Source of the DNA: Squalus acanthias
Lineage: Eukaryota
Reading direction: 5' to 3'
Length of the DNA stretch: 64,000 nt
NCBI GenBank assembly: GCA_030390025.1
Contig: CM059431.1
Span: 148,182,001 to 148,246,000 of the forward strand
Shown here: positions 13,167 to 23,052 of the stretch, piece by piece
Position numbering within the stretch: position 1 is the stretch's first letter
Layout: the number at the start of each line of letters is the position of its first letter
The notes under the pieces: generated by a model
The model's database searches: none
What the model was told of the DNA's origin: nothing
Seen by the model: only the letters and a program-made list of their open reading frames with translations
Position numbers and translations under genes: made by a program

Positions 13167-13739
13167 AATCTCTCTCCCCATCCTTATCCTGCCCCGCGTT
13201 CTGTCTCCCGCTCTCTCTGCCTCTCCAGCGTCGGTCTCCCCCCATCAGGCACCCCCGCTGGTCTGTCTCTCCTTCTGTCGCCCAAGCGTCAGTCTCCCCC
13301 GTCTCTATTCCCGTCTGTCTATCTTTGCTGTATCAAACCCGTCAGATCTCTTTCCTTCTACTTTAATCTCTCCTCTCACTCTCCCTTCCGTCTGTCTTAA
13401 TCTCTGTCTCCACCACCGTCTGTCGCTCTATGTGTCTCCCTGCATCTGTATCCCCGGTTTCTCACCCCCGTCTGTATCCCCCTACCAGCGTCCATCTCGC
13501 TCTCTCTGTCTCAATCCGTCTGTCGCAACACCATCTGTCTCTCTCGCTTTGTCTCCGCATCATCTGCCCGTCTGTTTCCTCGTCTGTCTCTCTCTCTCTC
13601 TCTCCCTCTCTCACTGTCTCCCTTCCCCGGTTGTCTCTCCATCTGACTCACTTGTTTTCTTCTCCTGTCTCCCCCATCGTCTGTCTCATCCGTCTGTCTC
13701 TCTCTCTCTGTCCAACTCCTGTCGGTCTTTCTATATGTC

Positions 13740-14070
13740 TTCTTTTCTTCTTAGGCAGTCCCTCGAAACCGAGGATGACTTGCTTCCACGTTAAAAATGA
13801 GTTTTCAGGTGACTGATGAGTCCATTCCGGGACCTACAGTCTCTGTCGCAGGTGGGGCAGACGATGGTTGAAGGGGCGGGTGGATGGTGTGTTTGGGTTG
13901 ACGTGTGCTCCTTGAGTTGCCTGCGCATGACTTCCGCTTGGTCCCGGAGAAGGGACTCGAGGTGTTCGTAGCATTCCCGGATGCTTCTCCTCCACTTTGT
14001 GCGGTCTTGGGCCAGGGATTCCCAGGTGTCAGTGGGAATGTTGCACTTTTTCAAGGAGGCTTTCAGGGTG
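13740..14070 (-). mobile_element. 5'-truncated RTE-clade LINE 3' end
   Basis: ORF 13791-14054 WESLAQDRTKWR...CPTCDRDCRSRNGLISHLKTH (C-terminal CCHH finger); AAG-type tail; 10-bp TSD TCTATATGTC at 13730-13739 and 14071-14080; empty site at ~59690. Confidence 0.85.
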
Positions 14071-14984
14071 TCTATATGTCATCCAGTGTCTGACTCCCCG
14101 CCGATCCTCCTGCACCCCACTCCCCGCCGCCGGTCTGTCGCTCTCTCTCTCTCTGTCTCCCCGCCATCTGTCTTGCTCTCTCTCTCTGTCCAACACCTGT
14201 CGGTCTTTCTTTTTGTCATCCAGCGCCGCTCCTCCTGCACCCCACTCCCCACCACCGGTCTGTCGCTTCCTCTCTCTGTCTCCACACCCAGCATCTGTCT
14301 CGCTCTCTCACTATTTCTCCCGGTCTGTCTCCAACAGTCTCTCCCCCTGTCCTTCTCCCGCTCCCGCTCTGTCTCTCGTGCTTCTCCCCTGTGTTGTTTC
14401 AAACAACCTTCTGTTGTCCACTTGAGCAGTACCGAATTAAGTCTTCTGGTTATATCATTTTATTCTTTAACTTCACATAAAAAGCAATTTGCAAGCAGAG
14501 TATAAACACAGATAGAGCACACGAACGTAGGCATGTATCCCTTCTCATGCTGCTTGAACAAAGAAAACAGCTTCTATTGATACACTATTCCCTTTATCAA
14601 ACTGGAAGCAGCCTTGCCTTATCTGGTAGTCTCCGGTCAAAAGCACCGTCCTTCAGCCAATGCACACAAGTTTACATTTCTAGTACAACAACATTCGGAG
14701 TTTACATTCAATGTACCGTCCTTCAATCGGCTTCTACTTCAACAACCTCTCGCAAAAATTGCAATGATGTGTGGTGGGGTATTTAAGTCTGACAATACTA
14801 TAAACATCCCAAGACCCGACTGCAATCTTCAACACTGGCTGTTGCTAAGTGAAGTCTGTATCTCTCTCTCTCTCTCTCTCTTTCTCTCCAATGATGCCAA
14901 CCACATTTTCCCATATTGAATGAACAAAACATGAACAACTTTCGGAAGCTGAATTAATCGAGGACCACATGCCAACTGATAGCT

Positions 14985-15260
14985 CATTCAAAGAGCCGGC
15001 ACAGGTTCGATGGGCCGAATGGCCTCCTTCTGTGCTCTATCATTCTATGATTTTCAGATCCGCCGAGCATCTACTCTGTCAAGCCCTGTAAGAATTTGAA
15101 ACGTTTCAGTGAGATCTCCTCTCATTCTTCAACATTCGAGGGAATATAGGCCGAGTCTACTCCATCTCTCCTCAAAGGACAATCCCCCCATCCCAGGAAC
15201 TAATCTAGTGATCCTTCGCTGCACTCCCGCGAAGGCAATTATGTATTTCCTTAGGTAAAG
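14985..15260. mobile_element. Small CR1/SINE tail (+) followed by an internal CR1 RT fragment (-)
   Basis: GATGGGCCGAATGGCCTCCTTCTGTG tail, then reverse complement of GAAGGATCACTAGATTAGTTCCTGGGATG. Mirrored at 58660-58925. Confidence 0.7.
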
Positions 15261-16019
15261 AGTCCTGTGTTAAGGGGCGGGGATTCCCTTTATGTTAGGG
15301 GCAACGGAAACGGTTCCTTAGATTCCCAGCTAAGGTACAGTGCAACGGAGATCTCTCTGCAGCGTACCTGACTCCTCACCGGGTGATTTTCATCCGTTCC
15401 CAGGTACGAGACATGCCGAAAGACCACCTCCCGTGAAAGTGACTCCCACTGAAGTTGAAAGATGAAAATGCGGAACAAGATAGGAAGAAAGAAATGGACA
15501 CAACCGGAAGATCAGGGCTTGTCAAGGGTGGGGTGGGGTGCGGTGGTTTGATGTTGGGGTGTAGTGGGTGCGGGTAGGGCTGCATTGGGTTGGGTGTAGG
15601 GGGTGCCGTGTGTGGGGTATGGGTGGGGAGCAGTGGAATGGAGTTGCAGTGGGAGGGGTGGAGTGGGGATTGGGCTGTGGTGTCAAAATCTTAACTTACA
15701 AACAACAGACAGTTAATCCTGGGAGGCAAGGTCAGACTGTGTGTCCTATGTGGGATGTTATGCATCATCTAATCTGACTAACTAAAAACGCTGTCTCAAA
15801 CTCTAATACAAGTTTGCGAGGAAATCGAAACTTGCGCAGGTCCAGTAAGACACAACCTATACATTAAACCCTTACATGTCTGCAGTAAAAACATACAATC
15901 AATTAAACACAGTATTATCCTGTCACAGCTTCATTCGCATAACCATAATTATTTTAGGCACCCTTAGATTCTAACAGCAGAATAACAATGCTGGACGATT
16001 TTGCTGTCCAACTCTGGCT

Positions 16020-16830
16020 TTGGAACTTCCTGCTCTGTGTGTGTATGTGGGGCTCAGTACCACACTGGTAGGGGCATCAGGCGAACTCATCAGAGGCCAT
16101 GGAGGCGCTGTGTGAGGGGCTCAGTACCACACCGGATGAAAGCAGACTAACACAGCTCAGGCTTCGGATGGAGCCTGGGCATTTCCTGCTCTGTCTGTGT
16201 GTGTGGGACTCAGTACCACACCGGGTATGAGATTAGATTCATTCAGCACAGGCCGGGGATGGAGCCTCGGCATTTCCTGCTCTGTCTGTGTGTGTGGGGC
16301 TCAGTACCACACCGGGTATGAGATTAGATTCATTCAGCACAGGCCGGGGATGGAGCCTGGGCATTTCCTGCTCTGTCTGTGTGTGTGGGGCTCAGTACCA
16401 CACCGGGTATGAGATTAGATTCATTCAGCACAGGCCGGGGATGGAGTCTGGGCGTTTCCTGATCTTTATGCATGTGAGTCTCAATACCACACCAGGTGTG
16501 AGATCAGCTCATTCAGCACAGGCCGAGGTTGGAGCCTCGGCCTTTCCTGCTCTGTGTGTGTGTGTGTGGTCTCAGTAACACACCGGGTGTGAGATCAGGC
16601 TAACTCAGCACAGGCCGGGGATGGAACCTGGGCCTTTCTTGCTCTGTGTGTGTGTGTGTGCTCAGTACCACACCGGGTGTGAGATCACGCTAACTCAGCA
16701 CAGGCCGAGGTTGGAGCCTGGGCCTTCAATGCTTTGTATGTGTGGGCTCATTTCCACACTGGGTGAGATCAGACTCACTCGGCACAGGCCGAGGATGGAG
16801 CCTGGGCCTTTCCTGCTACGTGTGGCTCAG
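16020..16830. repeat. ~91-bp tandem repeat (~9 units), possibly derived from a SINE head
   Basis: Unit GGGCTCAGTACCACACCGGGTATGAGATTAGATTCATTCAGCACAGGCCGGGGATGGAGCCTGGGC...; three near-identical units at ~16170-16450. Mirror at 57075-57895. Confidence 0.85.
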
Positions 16831-17062
16831 CTACTCACTGGATACTCAAACTGAGCCCGAATGGAATGAAATCTATACGTAGCAATGTATAAAATTCTGT
16901 TCAGAGAAGATGAAAACTCAGATACTTCAGATTGTGTTGCAGTGAATTGTTGTGGTGACAATACATAGATACATAGATACATAGAAGATAGGAGCAGGAG
17001 TAGGCCATCCGGCCCTTCGAGCCTGCTCCGCCATTTAATGAGATCATGGCTGATCCTCCAAT

Positions 17063-19930
17063 TCAGTATCCCGTCCCCGCCTTCTCTCCGTAACCCTTAA
17101 CCCCTTTTGCCTGTAGAAATACATCTAATTCCCTCTTAAATATATTTAATGAGCTGGCGTACACTGCCCTCTGTGGCAATGAGTTCCACAGGTTCACCAC
17201 CCTCTGAGTGAAGAAATTCCCCCTCATTTCTGTCCTAAATGGTTTAGCCCTTATCCTTAAATTATGTCCTCTAGTTCTGTTCTCACCCGCCAAGGGAAAC
17301 ATTCCTTCTGCATCTAGTCTGTCTAGACCTGTCAGAATTTTATACACTTCTATGAGGTCCCCTCTCAATCTTCTAAACTCCAGTGTGTACATCCCTAAAC
17401 TACATAGTCTCTCCTCATAGGTCAATCCCGCCATTCCTGGTATCAGCCTGGTGAATCTCCGCTGCACCCCCTCCATGGCAAGAACATCTTTCCTCAGATG
17501 AGGCGACCAAAACTGTACACAGTACTCGAGGTGTGGTCTCACCAGTGCCCTGTACAGCTGCAGCAAGGTATCCCTGTTCCTGTATTCCAACCCTTTTGCT
17601 ATGAAGGCCAGCATACCGTTTGCCTTCTTGATCGCCTGTTGCACCTGCATGCTCGCCTTCAGTGACTGGTGTACAAGAACACCCAGGTCTCTCTGTACTT
17701 CCCCCTCTCCCAATTTATTGCCATTTAAATAATAATTTGCCCTCCCGTTCCTGCACCCAAGGTGGATAACTTCGCACTTGTCCACATTATAGTGCATCTG
17801 CCATTTATCCGCCCAATCACCCAGTCTGTCCAAATCGCTCTGGAGCTTCCTGGTCTCCTCCTTTGAGCCCACCCCCCCTCCTAGTTTAGTGTCGTCTGCA
17901 AATTTGGAATTGCTGCATCCGACTCCCTGATCCAGGTCATTAATGTAAATTGTGAACAGCTGGGGACCCAGGACAGATCCCTGTGGTACCCCACTTGTTA
18001 CTGCCTGCCATTCAGAAAATGAGCCGTTTATTCCAACTCTCTGTTTTCTATCTGACAGCCAGTTCTCTATCCACGTCAATACTTTCCCCTTTATCCCATG
18101 AGCTTCAATTTTCCCTGCTAATCTTTTATGTGGGACCTTATCGAAGGCCTTTTGGAAGTCCAGGTACACCACATCTACTGGCTCTCCCCCATCTATTTTA
18201 CCAGTTACTCCCTCAAAAAATTCCAATAGATTAGTCAAGCACGATTTACCCTTTGTAAATCCATGTTGACTCTGTCCTATCCTGTCCCCATTTGCTAAGT
18301 GCTCCGCTATTTCATCCTTAATGATGGACTCCAGCATTTTGCCCACAACTGATGTAAGGCTTACAGGTCTGTAATTACCTGCTTTTTCCCTACCCCCCTT
18401 TTTGAATAGTGGGGTAACGTTAGCTACCCTCCAATCCATGGGCACTGTTCCCGAGTCTAATGAATTCTGAAAAATCATACTTAGTGCATCCGCTATCTCT
18501 AGGGCCACCTCCTTCAGCACCCTAGGATGCATGTTATCAGGCCCTGGGGATTTGTCCGCCTTCAATCCCTTTAGCTTCCTTAACACCATATCCTTAGAGA
18601 TATTGACTTGCGTCAGTTCCTCCTTTGCAAATGTCCCTATTTTTCCCGATATCCCAGGGAGGTTTTTTGTGTCTTCCTTCGTAAAGACTGACCCAAAGTA
18701 TGCATTTAGTTGGTCTGCCATTTCCTTATTTCCCGTTATATATTCCCCCGTATCTGACTGCAATGGGCCAACTTTGGTTTTCACCAGTCTTTTCCTCTTG
18801 ATATACTTATAAAAGCTTTTGGAGTTAGTTTTTATATTTTCCGCCAGCTTGCTTTCGTAAGCTATTTTGCCCCTCTTGATTAAGCCCTTTGTCCTCCTTT
18901 GCTCTATCTTAAACTGTTCCCAATCTTCCGCTCTGGCGCTTTTTTTGGCTATTTTATACGCCCTATCTTTGGATTTTATGCTGTCTCTAATTTCCCCTGT
19001 TATCCACGGTTGAGTCACCTTTTTAGATTTCCTTTTATGCCAGATTGGTATAAACAATTTTTGCAATTTTGTCTTTCTATCTTTAAATGCTTGCCATTGT
19101 TTATCTACCTCCAGTCCTCCCAGGAACGTTGTCCAATCAGACCTACTCAGTTCCCGTCTAATGGCATCATAATTCCCCTTGTTTAAATTCAGGACCTTAG
19201 TATCTGAGTCAATTTCTTCGCTCTCCATTTCGAGTGAGAAATCGATCATGTTATGATCGCTCTGACCCAAGGGTCCCCGTACAACAAGATTACTAATTAG
19301 TCCCTTCTCATTGCACAGTACCCAGTCCAATATAGCCTGTTCCCGAGTTGGTTCCTCGACATATTGATCCAGATAACCATCCCTTAAACACTCAAGGAAT
19401 TCCTCCTCCTCATTATTTTTACTGATTAGGCTATTCCAATCTATATGTAAGTTAAAGTCACCTATGATGACAGCTGTGCTCTTATTGCACGCTTCTCTAA
19501 TTTCCCTCGTGATGCCCTCCCCAACCTCTATTTTACTATTTGGAGGCCTATATACCACTCCTATTAATGTTTTTCGCCCCTCGCTATTTCTTAGCTCCAC
19601 CCATATAGATTCTGTATTAACTGAGTTAATATCCTTCCTTTCAATTGCATTTATCCCTTCTTTTACCAGCAATGCTACCCCTCCTCCCTTTCTTTTTTGT
19701 CGATCCTTCCTAAATACTGAATACCCCTGTATGTTAAGCTCCCAGCCCTGCTCACCCTGCAACCATGTTTCCGTAATCCCAATTAGATCATAATTATTAA
19801 CCTCTATTTCCACAGCTAATTCATCTACCTTGTTCCTGATGCTTCTCGCATTAAGGTATAAAACCCTCAGGCTTTTTTTATGCTCACATTTTTTATGAAT
19901 TAGTTTGGCCCTTTGTTTTTTGTTCCTCAC
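17063..19930 (-). CDS. CR1 ORF2: APE endonuclease + reverse transcriptase (true start uncertain; frame stays open upstream into the end of ORF1)
   Basis: 955-aa uninterrupted frame with YLNARS, ITETW, GDFN, SDH, NYRPVSLTS, QHGF, DFQKAFD, GVPQGSVLGP and FADD motifs. The track start at 19930 is GTG. Confidence 0.96.
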   Translation of the reverse strand: MRNKKQRAKLIHKKCEHKKSLRVLYLNARSIRNKVDELAVEIEVNNYDLIGITETWLQGEQGWELNIQGYSVFRKDRQKRKGGGVALLVKEGINAIERKDINSVNTESIWVELRNSEGRKTLIGVVYRPPNSKIEVGEGITREIREACNKSTAVIIGDFNLHIDWNSLISKNNEEEEFLECLRDGYLDQYVEEPTREQAILDWVLCNEKGLISNLVVRGPLGQSDHNMIDFSLEMESEEIDSDTKVLNLNKGNYDAIRRELSRSDWTTFLGGLEVDKQWQAFKDRKTKLQKLFIPIWHKRKSKKVTQPWITGEIRDSIKSKDRAYKIAKKSARAEDWEQFKIEQRRTKGLIKRGKIAYESKLAENIKTNSKSFYKYIKRKRLVKTKVGPLQSDTGEYITGNKEMADQLNAYFGSVFTKEDTKNLPGISGKIGTFAKEELTQVNISKDMVLRKLKGLKADKSPGPDNMHPRVLKEVALEIADALSMIFQNSLDSGTVPMDWRVANVTPLFKKGGREKAGNYRPVSLTSVVGKMLESIIKDEIAEHLANGDRIGQSQHGFTKGKSCLTNLLEFFEGVTGKIDGGEPVDVVYLDFQKAFDKVPHKRLAGKIEAHGIKGKVLTWIENWLSDRKQRVGINGSFSEWQAVTSGVPQGSVLGPQLFTIYINDLDQGVGCSNSKFADDTKLGGGVGSKEETRKLQSDLDRLGDWADKWQMHYNVDKCEVIHLGCRNGRANYYLNGNKLGEGEVQRDLGVLVHQSLKASMQVQQAIKKANGMLAFIAKGLEYRNRDTLLQLYRALVRPHLEYCVQFWSPHLRKDVLAMEGVQRRFTRLIPGMAGLTYEERLCSLGMYTLEFRRLRGDLIEVYKILTGLDRLDAEGMFPLAGENRTRGHNLRIRAKPFRTEMRGNFFTQRVVNLWNSLPQRAVYASSLNIFKRELDVFLQAKGVKGYGEKAGTGY

Positions 19931-20004
19931 CCTTTTACCATTTATTTCTGTCTGCCTTTCACTTTCCTCTATTTCACTACATAGGTTTCTAGCCCCCTGC
20001 CATA

Positions 20005-20952
20005 CTAGTTTAAATGCTCCCGAACTGCTTTATCAAAAATTACCCCGAGAACATCAGTTCCATCTTTGCACAGGTGTAGACCGTCCCTTTTGTATAGGTC
20101 ACACCTACCACAAAACTGGTTCCAATGACTCAAAAATTTAAAACCCTCCCTCTTACACCACTGCTCAAGCCACGTATTTAGCCTAACTATCCTGTTCTCT
20201 GTACTCTTACTAGCACGTGGCACTGGTAGTAATCCAGAGATTACTACCTTCGAGGTCCTACTTTTTAGCTTGGCTCCTAACTCCCTAAATTCTACTTGTA
20301 GGACCTCTTCCCTTTTTTTAGCTACGTCGTTGGTACCAACATGTATCACGACAACTGGCTGTTCCCCCTCCCCCTCCAGAATGTTCTGCACCCGCGCCGA
20401 GACATCCTTGACCCTTGCACCAGGGAGGCAACATACCATCCTGGAGTCTCGGTCGCGACCACAGAAACCCCTATCTATTCCCCTTACAATCGAATCCCCT
20501 ATTACTATAGCCCTGCCACTCTTTTTCCCTCCCTTCTTTGCAACAGAGCCAGTCATGGTGCCATGAGCCTGGCTGCTGGTGCCTTCCCCCGATGAGTCAT
20601 CCCCCCCGACAACAGCACCTAAGGCGGTGAACCTGTTGCTAAGGGAGACAACCCCAGGGGATTTCTGCACTACCTTCCTGCCCTTGCTCTGCCTTTTGGT
20701 CACCCATGTACTATCTACGCTGGCCTTAACCTGCGGTGTGACCAACTCACTAAATGTGTTATCCACAACCCTCTCAGAATCGTGGATGCTCCAAAGTGAG
20801 TCCATCCGCAGCTCAAGGGCCGTCATGCGGTCCCACATGAGCTGCAGCTGGACACACTTCCCGCACACATGGTTGTCAGGGACACAGGAAGCGTCCCTGA
20901 TTTCCCACATGTTACAGGAGGAGCATGACACAGGTCCGAGCTCTACTGCCAT
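20005..20952 (-). CDS. CR1 ORF1: N-terminal zinc finger/leucine zipper + SGNH/GDSL esterase-like domain
   Basis: GCCATGG start; CxxC...CxxC; GDSIVRG, PGA, HVGTND and DGLH blocks; 315 aa intact. Confidence 0.93.
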   Translation of the reverse strand: MAVELGPVSCSSCNMWEIRDASCVPDNHVCGKCVQLQLMWDRMTALELRMDSLWSIHDSERVVDNTFSELVTPQVKASVDSTWVTKRQSKGRKVVQKSPGVVSLSNRFTALGAVVGGDDSSGEGTSSQAHGTMTGSVAKKGGKKSGRAIVIGDSIVRGIDRGFCGRDRDSRMVCCLPGARVKDVSARVQNILEGEGEQPVVVIHVGTNDVAKKREEVLQVEFRELGAKLKSRTSKVVISGLLPVPRASKSTENRIVRLNTWLEQWCKREGFKFLSHWNQFCGRCDLYKRDGLHLCKDGTDVLGVIFDKAVREHLN

Positions 20953-21410
20953 GACTTAACCCTTATATTACTTTTTAATTTTCTAGTTTTAGTTTATTTA
21001 TTGACTTTTGTTTTCCCGAAGCTTACTTAGACCAATGTATACTGTACTCCTCTTATTCCTTTTTAAACTAACCAAATCCCACTAGTTTTAGTTTTACTTT
21101 CTAGGAAGGTTTGAGTAAAGTACTTACCAGTTAGTCTTACCTCCCTGGTCTTTCGCTGACTTCCCGGTCTTGTGTCCCCTTGGTCCTACGCCGACTTCCC
21201 GCTCCTCCCGGTTCCTGCCCTGCTGAAAAGAAACTGAGACCAAAAAATTTGTGACCTCTGTTTTTAGACTGCTAAAAGACTAGTAGGTTAGAGGAGGAGG
21301 GCGGGTGGGGATTCCTACTCTGTAGGAACTCGGGTTTAAGCCACCACCCTCCTTAAATGCTGTTCACCTGGGTGCTTCCCACCTGGTCCGCTTCCGGTCT
21401 CGTCTCTCCG

Positions 21411-21861
21411 GACACTGGCCTCTGCAAAAAAAAAGCCCGCGAAAGTGAGTTTAAATACTCACTGTGCTGCTGCTCTCTCCGCTCCCGACACTGGCCTCTG
21501 CAAAAAAAGCCCGCGGAAGTGAGTTTAAATACTCACTGTGCTGCTGCTCTCTCCGCTCCCGACACTGGCCTCTGCAAAAAAAAAGCCCGCGAAAGTGAGT
21601 TTAAATACTCACTGTGCTGCTGCTCTCTCCGCTCCCGACACTGGCCTCTGCAAAAAAAAGCCCGCGAAAGTGAGTTTAAATACTCACTGTGCTGCTGCTC
21701 TCTCCGCTCCCGACACTGGCCTCTGCAAAAAAAAAGCCCGCGAAAGTGAGTTTAAATACTCACTGTGCTGCTGCTCTCTCCGCTCCCGACACTGGCCTCT
21801 GCAAAAAAAGCCCGCGAAAGTGAGTTTAAATACTCACTGTGCTGCTGCTCTCTCCGCTCCC
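21411..21861 (-). repeat. Six tandem 74-76-bp monomers forming the 5' end of the CR1 element
   Basis: Units start at 21411, 21487, 21561, 21637, 21712 and 21788 and differ almost only in A-run length. They lie inside the flanking direct repeat. Confidence 0.92.
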
Positions 21862-21953
21862 GACAATGGTTCAATGAGTCTGTTTGTTCAGTGACTGTAA
21901 TTAATGTCAGTTACAGTGAGGCCTAATTATGTCACTCGGGGATTTTTCTCTGC

Positions 21954-21962
21954 TATAAATAA
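21954..21962 (+). promoter_or_regulatory. TATA box of the left GPCR gene
   Basis: TATAAATAA ~90 bp upstream of the ATG, conserved in the paralogue (56851-56859, minus). Confidence 0.65.
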
Positions 21963-22045
21963 GTAGACCCCTTCGCTGTGTGACCTCACACAATCAGCGC
22001 GCTGCCTCCCGCACAAACACCACCAGCCTCTTACAGAGGGAAGGC

Positions 22046-22157
22046 ATGGGTTCCATAAGCTCTATGGAAAGTGATCTTGAACTAGAGCGGATATTGGGAA
22101 TAGTTAATGATATACAACAGATTTTTTATCCGCTCCTCGCTGCTGTTGGTGTTCCCA
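22046..22157 (+). CDS. Orphan class A GPCR (GPR139/GPR142-like), copy A, coding exon 1
   Basis: MGSISSMESDLELERILGIVNDIQQIFYPLLAAVGVP followed by A|GTAAG donor (phase 1). Joins in frame to 24981. Confidence 0.82.
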
Positions 22158-22317
22158 GTAAGAACCTATTTCCAGTTATTAATTCTATAAACCATGTTAC
22201 ACTGTAATATTATTATTGCTTTTTACCGTGGTAAATTCAGTTGTTAATTGTATTCTCTGTTTCAAGTTGTTGAAACTTTGTTAAAGCATGGGCTGTTGAT
22301 TATAAAGACAGTCGCAT

Positions 22318-22720
22318 TTTCGCTGCTATTGATGTACCTTGTAAGACTCTGTATCCAACTATTAATTCTTTAAATCATGTTTAACTGTATTACTGTTCTT
22401 GTCAATTATCCCGCCCCCCCATCCCTCACTACTTTTGGTGTCCCTGGTAAGTCTCTATATCCAACTATTAATTCTGTAAATCATGTTTCACTGTATTACT
22501 GTTCTTGTCATTTATCTCTCCCCCCATCCCCTCACTACTTTTGGTGTTCCTGGTAAGTGACTGTATCCAAGTATTAATTCTGTTAATCATGTTTAACTGT
22601 ATTACTTTTCTTGTCATTTAACCCGACCCCATCCCCTCACTACTGTTGGTGTCCCTGTTAAGTCTCTGTATTCAACTATTAATTCTATAATCATGTTTAA
22701 CTGTATTTCTCTCCTTGTCA
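22318..22720 (+). repeat. Intronic ~110-bp tandem repeat copying the exon-1 end and splice donor (4 units)
   Basis: Units contain (T)TGGTGT(C/T)CCTG|GTAAG...ATTAATTCT...AATCATGTT, like 22140-22205. Confidence 0.8.
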
Positions 22721-22923
22721 TTCTCCATCCTATCCGCGCTGCTTTCGTCTATTGATTCTGAAAGTGATACAGTTTTACCAAGATTCAATCGTTCTATATT
22801 CAACTCAAGAAACGATATTGGACGATACTCTTTATTTAACGAATTTCATTCTGTTCTCTGCACTGCATATTTGTATCAGATCGGAAGAATGTTGTCTTGG
22901 TTGAGGCGACTTTTCACCAAATA

Positions 22924-23052
22924 GCGAAAGGTCATCAACCTGAAACGTTATTTCTCTCTCTCCACAGATGCTGCCTGACCTGCTGAGTATTGAAAAGGTT
23001 TTCTGTTCTTATTTCAGATTTCCAGCATCCGCAGTAATTTGCTTTTGTTTTC
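22924..23052 (+). mobile_element. Short interspersed repeat remnant, probably Penelope-like terminal sequence
   Basis: GAAAGGTCATCAACCTGAAACGTTA...CACAGATGCTGCCTGACCTGCTGAGT...CAGATTTCCAGCATC; recognised from memory as a common fish/shark repeat. Mirror at 55670-55805. Confidence 0.55.

Larger units (their letters stand above)
12080..14400. repeat. CT-rich low-complexity tract
   Basis: (CTGTCT/CTCC)-like sequence; GA-rich mirror at 59520-61230. Confidence 0.9.
16963..21861 (-). mobile_element. Full-length young CR1-clade LINE
   Basis: Intact ORF1 and ORF2, (CTATGTAT)n tail, GACAAT direct repeat at 16957-16962 and 21862-21867, empty site in the right arm (~56945). Confidence 0.97.

Noticed and set aside
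16020..16830. CRISPR-like or coding repeat ORFs
   Set aside because: Plain tandem repeat without variable spacers; the ORFs just follow the repeat period.
21411..21861. CRISPR-like appearance (palindromic repeats at regular spacing)
   Set aside because: Whole units are identical with no unique spacers, there are no cas genes, the context is eukaryotic, and the array is part of the LINE 5' end.
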